DNA of 64,000 bases from an uncultured Nitrospina sp. (GTDB lineage: Bacteria > Nitrospinota > Nitrospinia > Nitrospinales > VA-1). The translations under genes were made by a program, and so were the position numbers. Position 1 is the first letter of the stretch. The number at the start of each line of letters is the position of its first letter. The notes below the pieces were generated by a model that saw only the letters and a list, made by a program, of their open reading frames with translations, did no database searches and was not told the DNA's origin. The stretch spans positions 6,346 through 70,345 of the forward strand of contig CALAGQ010000039.1 in assembly GCA_937891765.1 (NCBI GenBank). The letters run 5' to 3'. Below are positions 48,502 to 55,511 of this stretch, one piece after another.

Positions 48502-48879
48502 ATGAGCGAAATACTGGGTTCCGCGGGTACCACTTCCCCGATCAATCCCATCAGAAAAAAGCAACTGGATGACAATTGGAAAACCGTCGCAGCAAAAGCG
48601 GTCACCGACGAATCATTCAAAAAATGCCTGGCTGCAGAACCTATAAAAATTCTGGAAGAACATGGGTTGAAAGTGGCGGCAGAAATAAAAGTCAATTTTG
48701 ATGAAACCAATAGGGAATATAAGTTCAACACGCCCAAAGATGCCTCCGATGAAACAAAGGCAGAAGCGCAGTGGTGGACCTGGCGTTTAAAAATTATTAA
48801 AGAATTCGCGCAGGAATTGAATCGTCAGGTGGGGACTGTAGCGGGTTTTGACGAAGGGTGTTCTAACAAATATGCATAG
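48502..48879 (+). CDS. NHLP (nitrile-hydratase-alpha-like leader) domain protein, orphan
   Basis: The segment KKQLDDNWKTVAAKAVTDESFKKCLAAEPIKILEEHGLKVAAEIKVNFDETNREYKFNTP follows the NHLP/NHase-alpha N-terminal pattern as I recall it. A 45-aa C-terminal tail ends GTVAGFDEGCSNKYA. Confidence 0.45.
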   Translation: MSEILGSAGTTSPINPIRKKQLDDNWKTVAAKAVTDESFKKCLAAEPIKILEEHGLKVAAEIKVNFDETNREYKFNTPKDASDETKAEAQWWTWRLKIIKEFAQELNRQVGTVAGFDEGCSNKYA

Positions 48880-48892
48880 AAGATAGAAACAC

Positions 48893-48969
48893 GCGCCCGT
48901 AGCTCAGCTGGATAGAGTATCGGTTTCCGGTACCGAGGGTCGGAGGTTCGAATCCTCTCGGGCGTACCA
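48893..48969 (+). tRNA. tRNA-Arg (anticodon CCG)
   Basis: Hand-folded cloverleaf. Acceptor gcgcccg/cgggcgt (G1-U72 wobble), D arm gctc/gagt, anticodon arm tcggt-ttCCGgt-accga, T arm ggagg-ttcgaat-cctct, encoded CCA. 77 nt. Confidence 0.9.
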
Positions 48970-48974
48970 TTATT

Positions 48975-49009
48975 AAAAGGCATTCAGGATAATCCTGAAT
49001 GCCTTTTTT
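48975..49009. terminator. Bidirectional rho-independent terminator
   Basis: aaaa-ggcattcagga-taa-tcctgaatgcc-tttttt, between the tRNA (+) and the convergent response-regulator gene (-). Confidence 0.75.
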
Positions 49010-49027
49010 ATGGAGCATTTTTTAGAT

Positions 49028-49396
49028 TTAAAGCTTCAGGGCCTTTTTGATAGTTTCTAAAAGGTCGTTCAGGTCTACCGGTTTTTCAATACAGGCATAA
49101 GCCCCCTCATTCAAGAAACTCCCCATCTGATCAACCGCAGTAAACGCTGACATCATTATGATAACAGAGCCCGGCAGCTCTTTTCTTAAACGCATTAGCA
49201 GCCCCAGTCCCCCATAAGGCATCCGCACATCCAGCAAAATGCAGTCTGGTAGGAGTTCATCGGCCTTGACCATGGCCATTTTTCCATCCGATGCGGTTTG
49301 AACATCAAATCCCTGCTTTATTAAAAACTTTGAAAATAGTTTGCAGGTCTTAATTTCATCGTCAACTAAGAGTATTTTTGACTTTTCTATAGGCAT
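49028..49396 (-). CDS. Stand-alone receiver-domain response regulator
   Basis: KILLVDDE, phospho-acceptor context ILLDVRMP, SAF(T) and KP. Start moved to ATG 49396, preceded by AGAGGTGG. Confidence 0.85.
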   Translation of the reverse strand: MPIEKSKILLVDDEIKTCKLFSKFLIKQGFDVQTASDGKMAMVKADELLPDCILLDVRMPYGGLGLLMRLRKELPGSVIIMMSAFTAVDQMGSFLNEGAYACIEKPVDLNDLLETIKKALKL

Positions 49397-49563
49397 TACC
49401 ACCTCTTCCCTATTGAACAACCCGCCACAAGTATTTAGCCTCCAAAAACTTATATTTTCTTTCCTTGTAATTAAATTAATATAAACCTTTTACTTTGAAA
49501 AATAAAGATATTTTTCAAACAAAACGATAAGAATATATGGACTACAGTTATTGAGGAAAACCA

Positions 49564-49731
49564 GTGAAAATTGAAGATGCCTTTTTTGGCAAAAATAGAC
49601 AAAATTCTTGGACATTTAAAAATAAAAAGGATCAGAAATCCTTCAAGGAACAATTGGAGGAAAGCCTGAACGATAAAAAGTCTGAGATCAAAAAACAGGT
49701 CAAAAAACACATCCTGGATGTTCTGATTTAA
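49564..49731 (+). CDS. Possible small Lys-rich protein (55 aa)
   Basis: GTG preceded by GAGGA, inside a 450-bp AT-rich spacer. Could be a chance ORF, but it is more plausible than the Phe/Leu-rich antisense ORF 49471..49770. Confidence 0.25.
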   Translation: MKIEDAFFGKNRQNSWTFKNKKDQKSFKEQLEESLNDKKSEIKKQVKKHILDVLI

Positions 49732-49872
49732 ATCGCAAACACACCCCTCCCCCTGCTGCACCAAACTCATTTCGTGCGATATGCCCTAGGGTTTTAAAAA
49801 AAAGGTGCTATAATGGGCTACACTGAACAAATACATTAACCCATCATCCTGAAACTAAAGAAAGGCTAGAGA

Positions 49873-50187
49873 ATGAAAAAAGGAATAGGATTACTATTAA
49901 TAATTTTCGCAGTTTCATTTCTAACTTCTTGTGCCTCTAATGGCGTTGTATTACCCAAAATGGTTCCAGGAGCCGAAAAAACCTTTACGGTCAATAAGTC
50001 GGGGACGGTAGAAATTATAGGCCAGGATATGAAAACCGAGCCCACCCACTGGCTGTACGTCGAGTGCGATCATTGGAGTGGTTGTTATATGCGTTGCCAG
50101 GGGCAAATAAAATCCTGCAAAAAAGTGGCTACGGATTCCACGCTTGACGTGAAGTATATTCAGTCCAGAACAGGATCACAGAAATAA
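49873..50187 (+). CDS. Hypothetical lipoprotein
   Basis: Lipobox FLTSC after a hydrophobic h-region. 104 aa with four further Cys. Confidence 0.55.
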   Translation: MKKGIGLLLIIFAVSFLTSCASNGVVLPKMVPGAEKTFTVNKSGTVEIIGQDMKTEPTHWLYVECDHWSGCYMRCQGQIKSCKKVATDSTLDVKYIQSRTGSQK

Positions 50188-50201
50188 CCAACTTTTTCCT
50201 T

Positions 50202-50230
50202 TTGACAAGGATTCAAAACTCGTTCATGAT
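50202..50230 (+). promoter_or_regulatory. Candidate sigma70-type promoter (TTGACA-17 nt-CATGAT)
   Basis: Perfect -35 at 50202-50207, a 17-nt spacer, and a 4/6 -10 at 50225-50230. Lies 15 nt after the lipoprotein stop. Confidence 0.35.
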
Positions 50231-50308
50231 TTAGGAAGTGGGTTGCGTGGTGGGTTTAACAGGGAAGCCCATGGCGCCATGACGATTCCCTGAGAAGGAG
50301 GTGATCCC

Positions 50309-50353
50309 ATGATATCTGACAGTACCCGGGGAGCTTCCGGAGTAATTTGTTAA
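50309..50353 (+). CDS. 14-codon ORF (MISDSTRGASGVIC) with near-consensus SD
   Basis: AAGGAGGTGA at 50295-50304, with the GGAGG core 7 nt from the ATG. The stop codon lies inside a long hairpin, and a terminator follows. Confidence 0.3.
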   Translation: MISDSTRGASGVIC

Positions 50354-50386
50354 CCCCAAGTTAACGGAAGCTCCTGTGCTTTTATG

Positions 50387-50417
50387 ACGCCCCGCTTTAA
50401 AAGCGGGGCGTTTTTTT
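50387..50417 (+). terminator. Rho-independent terminator
   Basis: acgccccgc-tttaaaa-gcggggcgt stem (9 bp) followed by T7. Confidence 0.85.
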
Positions 50418-50425
50418 ATGCTTTG

Positions 50426-50596
50426 TTAGAGGATTAAATCAAACCCCTTATCATAATAGGCCAGCACGTCCTTTACCGAAAGAATACCCATCACGGTTAT
50501 TCCATCCCGGGCAACAAGGTAACGGAGTTTTTTCTCCCGCATTATGGCAATGGCCCGGGACATGACTTCATCTTTGAAATGTGATACTTTCAGCAT
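50426..50596 (-). pseudogene. Single CBS-motif fragment (probable gene remnant)
   Basis: Only the last ~50 aa of ORF 50426..50857 look protein-like (VMSRAIAIMREKKLRYLVARDGITVMGILSVKDVLAYY). No SD. The rest of the ORF is antisense to the mscS start. Confidence 0.3.
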
Positions 50597-50624
50597 CAGC
50601 AATGATTTAAAGGAAAGCAACCGA

Positions 50625-51689
50625 ATGGCGGATTTCAAAGAACTGTTAGCGCAAGAAAACATATATATATTCCATGCATTTTTGATTATATTTGTGGCCT
50701 TGATTGCGGATTTATTCCAGAAGAGAGCTTTAAAATCCTTAGCAGAAAAAGCGAAACTTACCCAAAATAGCTGGGATGATGCCCTGCTACTAGCCATTCC
50801 CCACCCCCTAAGTATCATTATCTGGATGGCGAGTATCGCCTTCGCTGGAGAAATCATTCAGCGGGCGACCGGAGCTGTAATTCTGGAAATCTTCGCTCCC
50901 TTGCGTGATGCCGTCATCATTGCCGCTCTGGCCTGGTTTTTAGTCCTTACCATCCGCCATACTGAAACGAACTATCTGAGCTCCGACAAAGATATCGACC
51001 CCACCACTCTGGATGCCATATCAAAGCTGGCCCGCATATCTGTCGTCATCACAGCCCTCTTAATGATATTGCAAACACTCGGGTTCAGCATTTCCGGTGT
51101 CCTGGCTTTTGGAGGTGTCGGCGGCATAGCCATTGGCTTTGCGGCCAAAGACCTGCTATCAAATTTCTTCGGAGGGCTCTTTATATATCTGGACCGGCCT
51201 TTCGCGGTGGGGGACTGGATCCGCTCGCCGGATCGTGAAATGGAAGGTGTAGTCGAAAAAATTGGGTGGAGAGTCACCGTCATACGAACCTTCGACAAGC
51301 GGCCACTGTATATTCCCAATTCGGTTTTTTCGCAAGTAGCGGTGGAGAATCCTTCCCGCATGCAAAACAGGAGAATCAAAGAAACCATCGGGATTCGTTA
51401 TGATGACGCAGACAAAATGGAAACGATCACGAGCCAAGTTAAAGAAATGTTAAAAGAGCACCCTGAAATAGATACCAATAACACCTTGATGGTCAACTTC
51501 AATAGCTTTGCCCCTTCCTCGCTTGATTTTTTCATCTACACGTTCACCAAAACGACAAACTGGGAAAAGTATCACACCATCAAACAGGATGTGCTTTTAA
51601 AGATTCTAAAAATTATTGCAGACAATAGAGCAGAAGTAGCATTCCCCACGTCCACCATTCATTTGGCTCCGCCGGAAGCTCAACACTGA
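50625..51689 (+). CDS. Mechanosensitive ion channel, MscS family
   Basis: GFSISGVLAFGGVGGIAIGFAAKDLLSNFFGGLFIYLDRPFAVGDWI. Start moved to ATG 50625 (MADFKELL), preceded by AAAGGAAAG. Confidence 0.9.
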   Translation: MADFKELLAQENIYIFHAFLIIFVALIADLFQKRALKSLAEKAKLTQNSWDDALLLAIPHPLSIIIWMASIAFAGEIIQRATGAVILEIFAPLRDAVIIAALAWFLVLTIRHTETNYLSSDKDIDPTTLDAISKLARISVVITALLMILQTLGFSISGVLAFGGVGGIAIGFAAKDLLSNFFGGLFIYLDRPFAVGDWIRSPDREMEGVVEKIGWRVTVIRTFDKRPLYIPNSVFSQVAVENPSRMQNRRIKETIGIRYDDADKMETITSQVKEMLKEHPEIDTNNTLMVNFNSFAPSSLDFFIYTFTKTTNWEKYHTIKQDVLLKILKIIADNRAEVAFPTSTIHLAPPEAQH

Positions 51690-51695
51690 TTTTTT

Positions 51696-52793
51696 ATGCA
51701 CTCACGTTATTTTTCTCCAAAAATTCCATTACTTCTTTGTTTAACCTTCTCGCTGCTAATTGTGAGTTGTGCAAACCTGGGCCCGACCACTTTGAAAAGC
51801 GAAAGGAGCAACTACAACCTGGCGGTTCAAAGAACCAATGACGAACAGCTTATGCTCAATCTGGTCCGGCTCAAATACCGGGACACACCATTTTTCATGG
51901 AAGTTAGTAGTGTGGCATCGCAATTCACCCTGTCGACCAGCGCTAATGCCAGTGCCAGTTTACAGGATGGCGTCAAAGGACTCTTTGGCCTGGGAGGAAG
52001 CGTAGGGATGACGGAAAAACCAACCGTGACTTATTCCCCTTTGCAGGGAGACCGGTTTATCCAGCGCGTGTTATCGCCTCTCCCCTTGCAGACCATCGCT
52101 CTTCTATTTCATTCCGGCTGGAGCATTGAGAGAATTTTTCGCTTATGTTTTCAACGCATGAACCATCTTAAAAATGCTCCGGGGGCATCAGGGCCCACCC
52201 CGAGCCTTGCTCCCCATTTTGCGGAATTTATCTCAGCAGTAAAATATTTGCGGAAGCTGCAGATTCAAGATGCCATAAACCTTTCTTACCAAGAAGAAAA
52301 TGGGGTACCCCAATTAATTCTGCATATTAACGAAGAAGATAAAAATCGGGAGGAGGCAAAACAGTTCGCTCTTGCAGCCAATGTCGAACCGGGGAAAACC
52401 CGTTATGTGTTGGCATTTTCACCGACCTATAACAAGACAGATCAGATAAAGGTCGTCACCCGTTCACTTCTGGGCATCATGTTTTATATTTCTCAGGCGG
52501 TAGAAGTACCAAGAGAAGATGTTTTAAAAGGCAAGGTCACCCAGACCAAAACACCCGATGGAAAATATTTTGATTGGAATGAAGTGACGGGTGATCTATT
52601 GAGGGTCCGTTCTCTCTCTCAAAATCCTCAAGCAAATTCCATGACTATTTTTTACCGCGGAACATGGTTTTATATTGACGACTCGGATTTGTCTTCAAAA
52701 TCCACATTTTCTCTTCTGGCTCAGATTTTTTCATTGCAGGCAGGCAAGATTAAAGACAACGCCCCGCTCCTCACGCTTCCCATAGGCCAATAA
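51696..52793 (+). CDS. Hypothetical lipoprotein
   Basis: Lipobox LLIVSC. 365 aa. Starts 6 nt after the mscS stop. No recognisable domain. Confidence 0.6.
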   Translation: MHSRYFSPKIPLLLCLTFSLLIVSCANLGPTTLKSERSNYNLAVQRTNDEQLMLNLVRLKYRDTPFFMEVSSVASQFTLSTSANASASLQDGVKGLFGLGGSVGMTEKPTVTYSPLQGDRFIQRVLSPLPLQTIALLFHSGWSIERIFRLCFQRMNHLKNAPGASGPTPSLAPHFAEFISAVKYLRKLQIQDAINLSYQEENGVPQLILHINEEDKNREEAKQFALAANVEPGKTRYVLAFSPTYNKTDQIKVVTRSLLGIMFYISQAVEVPREDVLKGKVTQTKTPDGKYFDWNEVTGDLLRVRSLSQNPQANSMTIFYRGTWFYIDDSDLSSKSTFSLLAQIFSLQAGKIKDNAPLLTLPIGQ

Positions 52794-52829
52794 AACTAAG
52801 TCTCTTTTTGTCTGCTGATTTTTTTTAGT

Positions 52830-53333
52830 TCAGGTGGAAAGTTCGATCCTTTTGCTCAAAGCGTTTCGCCGGCTGACCAACCTGTCCAGAAACAGCTTTC
52901 CATCCAAATGGTCAATCTCGTGTTGAACCGCCCGGGCTTCGTAACCCGACATGCGAAACTGATGCTCTTCACCATTTTCATTGCAAGCTTCCAAGGTGAT
53001 AGACTTTGCCCGCTCTACCTTGCCGGTATAATCCGGCACCGAGAGACACCCTTCCCTTCCTAAACTGGCTCCCTCAGAAGATGTGATTTCTGGGTTTATC
53101 AACACTAGAAATCCATGATTGACATGCTGAGGCTTATAGGAAATATCCACCAGAACAATTCTTTCAAACCGGCCCACCTGTGGAGCCGCAATCCCCACGC
53201 ATCCGGGGAAGGAACGAAAGGTTTCTTCAAGATCCCGGACAAACTTCTTTATATCTTCAGAAAATTCTTTTACCGGCTGGGAGATTTGCTTCAATCTTTC
53301 ATCCGGATAAATCAGAACATTCAGGAGAGCCAT
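52830..53333 (-). CDS. def: Peptide deformylase
   Basis: GIAAPQVG, EGCLSVP and QHEIDHLDG. Confidence 0.93.
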   Translation of the reverse strand: MALLNVLIYPDERLKQISQPVKEFSEDIKKFVRDLEETFRSFPGCVGIAAPQVGRFERIVLVDISYKPQHVNHGFLVLINPEITSSEGASLGREGCLSVPDYTGKVERAKSITLEACNENGEEHQFRMSGYEARAVQHEIDHLDGKLFLDRLVSRRNALSKRIELST

Positions 53334-53335
53334 GG

Positions 53336-53875
53336 CTATCCCACCATGGTATCAATGGGGGTCATACGGGCCACCACATCATTTTCCCGGGCCAGCTTTT
53401 GCAGAGCTTGATCCACAGCCTCCAAACCCTTACCAGCAACCCCTTCAATGTGCATGACATAAACAGGGCTGTCTGTATTACCTCCTACATCCGATTCAAG
53501 GTTAAGGATATTTAATCCGGCCTTGTTCAACGCGTCGGTGGCGCGAGCAACAATACCGGCCTGATCTGCACCGTGAATACTGATTCGCACATCAGGTTCG
53601 ATATGCTGGTGCAGGCCCGCCTCTATCTCATCCAGATGAAAAAATAATTTCAACTTATCACAGACTGGTCGAAGCTTTTCCTCTACAACGGTTTTCTTTT
53701 CTGGAACGTAGACCATAAGCATGATGGTGAAGTTACCACCAAGACGGGTCATCGATGCTTCCCCGAGATTTCCTTGCAGATCAAACAAAGCATGGGTGAT
53801 TTCAGCAACGATTCCGGGTCGGTCTTTACCTACCAATGTTAGCATCAACCAGTTTTCCATCTCATTATCTCCCAT
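53336..53875 (-). CDS. Tandem ACT-domain protein (GcvR-like)
   Basis: Two ACT motifs (LVGKDRPGIVAEITHAL; IHGADQAGIVARATDAL). An alternative ATG at 53860 has a better SD. Confidence 0.75.
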   Translation of the reverse strand: MGDNEMENWLMLTLVGKDRPGIVAEITHALFDLQGNLGEASMTRLGGNFTIMLMVYVPEKKTVVEEKLRPVCDKLKLFFHLDEIEAGLHQHIEPDVRISIHGADQAGIVARATDALNKAGLNILNLESDVGGNTDSPVYVMHIEGVAGKGLEAVDQALQKLARENDVVARMTPIDTMVG

Positions 53876-53878
53876 TGA

Positions 53879-54136
53879 TTAAGCTTTCTGAACCAGCGAT
53901 TGTTGAAACAACGCCAAGGCTTCTTTATAACGGCTCGCAACAAATCGGCTGTCTGTCGGGGGCTCCAAACCATTGTCTTTTGAAATCACGATATACTTTT
54001 CGGTAATGCTTTCATTCTGCATAAAAATCGAGGCCCCGGCTCCCATTACATTACCCGTGCCACGAAAAAGTTCTTCATGAATCGCTTTAGGATTATTGGA
54101 AACAGGCAGGCCGTCTTTATTGATTAGATCCGTCAT
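53879..54136 (-). CDS. Hypothetical protein (85 aa)
   Basis: Internal ATG of ORF 53879..54280 (MTDLINKDGLPV...), first gene of a co-oriented hyp-ACT-def string. No domain recognised. Confidence 0.45.
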   Translation of the reverse strand: MTDLINKDGLPVSNNPKAIHEELFRGTGNVMGAGASIFMQNESITEKYIVISKDNGLEPPTDSRFVASRYKEALALFQQSLVQKA

Positions 54137-54374
54137 ATTAAAAGAACATCTTTCTATTAATTTTAATTCAAACAGTATACCCAGATTTAATATTCGAACA
54201 TGCCCCATCTTGCCAAAAAATATTTTATTTTGGCATGGCGATTCAGGGCTCCTAACAATGATCCCTCTGGATATTTGCATACTTTTGAGTTAAGGTGAGT
54301 CGTTACATAGCATTGATTTTTATGACCTTATAAAACTTATAAGCATCTCCTATTCCGTTTCCCCAAATATTACT

Positions 54375-55034
54375 ATGCGAAAAATAAGAGTGCTCGTTGT
54401 TGACTACTCAGCAGTTGTCAGAAAAATTGTTACCGACACGCTAAGTGGCGATCCTGACATTGAGGTCGCTGCTACCGCCGCCAACGGAAAAATCGCCTTA
54501 CAGAAAATTCCGCAAGTCAATCCCGACATTCTGACTCTCAATATTGAAATACCGGAAATGAACGGACTACAAGCTCTTGCTGAAGCCCGGAAAATTTACC
54601 CCAAACTGCCCATCATCATGTTCAGCACACTTACGGAACGGGGTGGGGTAAAAACGTTGGAAGCTTTAGCTCTTGGAGCTATCGATTATGTCACCAAACC
54701 CGCAAACGTGGGAAGTGTCTCCGTGGCTATGCAACGGATACGAAACGAGTTGATTCCTAAAATCAAGATGTTTTGCGCTAAAAAAGCGGGGTTGGAGACA
54801 CCCACCACAATGGTTCCCAAACCTGCTGCCAAAGCTCCCCCTCCGCTCAAGAGGCCCCTGACAACAAAATGTGAAACTACAAGGTGTCTATAAATCTAGG
54901 GGCATATCAATGTAATAGTCCAAGACGAGGAAAGCAGTGTGGTATGAGGAATACCCAAATTTGTCGCTCGGGCAGGTTTGGCAGATGAAATTCTTCCCAT
55001 CAACCGGGCGGGCAGAAAATTATCTCCATATTGA
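54375..55034 (+). pseudogene. cheB: cheB remnant: receiver + linker, internal deletion of the methylesterase core, C-terminal tail with in-frame TGA
   Basis: The 5' ORF 54375..54893 is a CheB-type REC plus linker and then stops. A different frame at 54900..55034 reads GHINVIVQDEESSVV*GIPKFVARAGLADEILPINRAGRKLSPY*, the conserved extreme C-terminus of CheB. The GxSTGG...HMP...GMGxDG core is absent. Confidence 0.8.
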
Positions 55035-55063
55035 AAGTTGAGCGTTAAGCGAGCCAACTGGAA

Positions 55064-55510
55064 TTAAGTTGCCAGAATCCCGGCATTCACATTCACGGCT
55101 TTCTCGGAATCCAGAATCAATAACAACTTGCACTGCACTTTATAAACACCCAGCACTAGTTCCCGAAATTCCTGTGGAATAGTTTCAGGAGACCGTTCGT
55201 ACCCCTCCTCAGACACTTCCAGAACATCTCCGATTTCATCGACCAGAAGACTCACCACTCCATCTTCCGTTCTCAATAACACATTCATGGGCAACTTGTC
55301 TTCAGGTTGGGGCGCCATCCCTAACCTTCGCCTCAAGTCAATGGCTGTAATAATTTGCCCGCGAAGATTTATCAACCCGCGCACTACTGGAGGTGCTAGA
55401 GGTACTTTAGTCACTTCCTGATAACGAAAAACTTTCTGAACCTGTTCAACTTTCACCCCGAATATATGATTGTCGAGATAAAAAGTGCAAAATTGTTTCT
55501 GATCCGCCAT
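55064..55510 (-). CDS. cheW: Chemotaxis coupling protein CheW
   Basis: 148 aa with FGVKVEQVQKVFRY..PLAPPVVRGLINLRGQIITAIDLRRRLG. Confidence 0.9.
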   Translation of the reverse strand: MADQKQFCTFYLDNHIFGVKVEQVQKVFRYQEVTKVPLAPPVVRGLINLRGQIITAIDLRRRLGMAPQPEDKLPMNVLLRTEDGVVSLLVDEIGDVLEVSEEGYERSPETIPQEFRELVLGVYKVQCKLLLILDSEKAVNVNAGILAT

Positions 55511-55511
55511 A

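Noticed and set aside
49471-49770. 99-aa minus-strand ORF in the AT-rich spacer.
   Set aside because: It has a Phe/Leu/Ile-rich composition generated by AT-rich DNA, no SD, and overlaps a slightly more plausible + strand small ORF.
48970-50620. Integrated-element hypothesis at tRNA-Arg, looked for as an att-type direct repeat of the tRNA 3' end.
   Set aside because: I found only an 8-nt match (aatcctct) and no integrase. I kept a low-interest note on the variable-looking segment but not a mobile-element call.
50597-50857. N-terminal two thirds of ORF 50426-50857.
   Set aside because: It is antisense to the start of the mscS gene and not protein-like. Only the last CBS motif looks real, and I report that as a probable remnant.
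54945-54947. The in-frame TGA in the cheB tail as selenocysteine or programmed read-through.
   Set aside because: The position corresponds to a conserved aromatic residue, not Cys/Sec. There is no SECIS-like hairpin directly downstream, the gene has also lost its catalytic core, and the two halves are in different frames.
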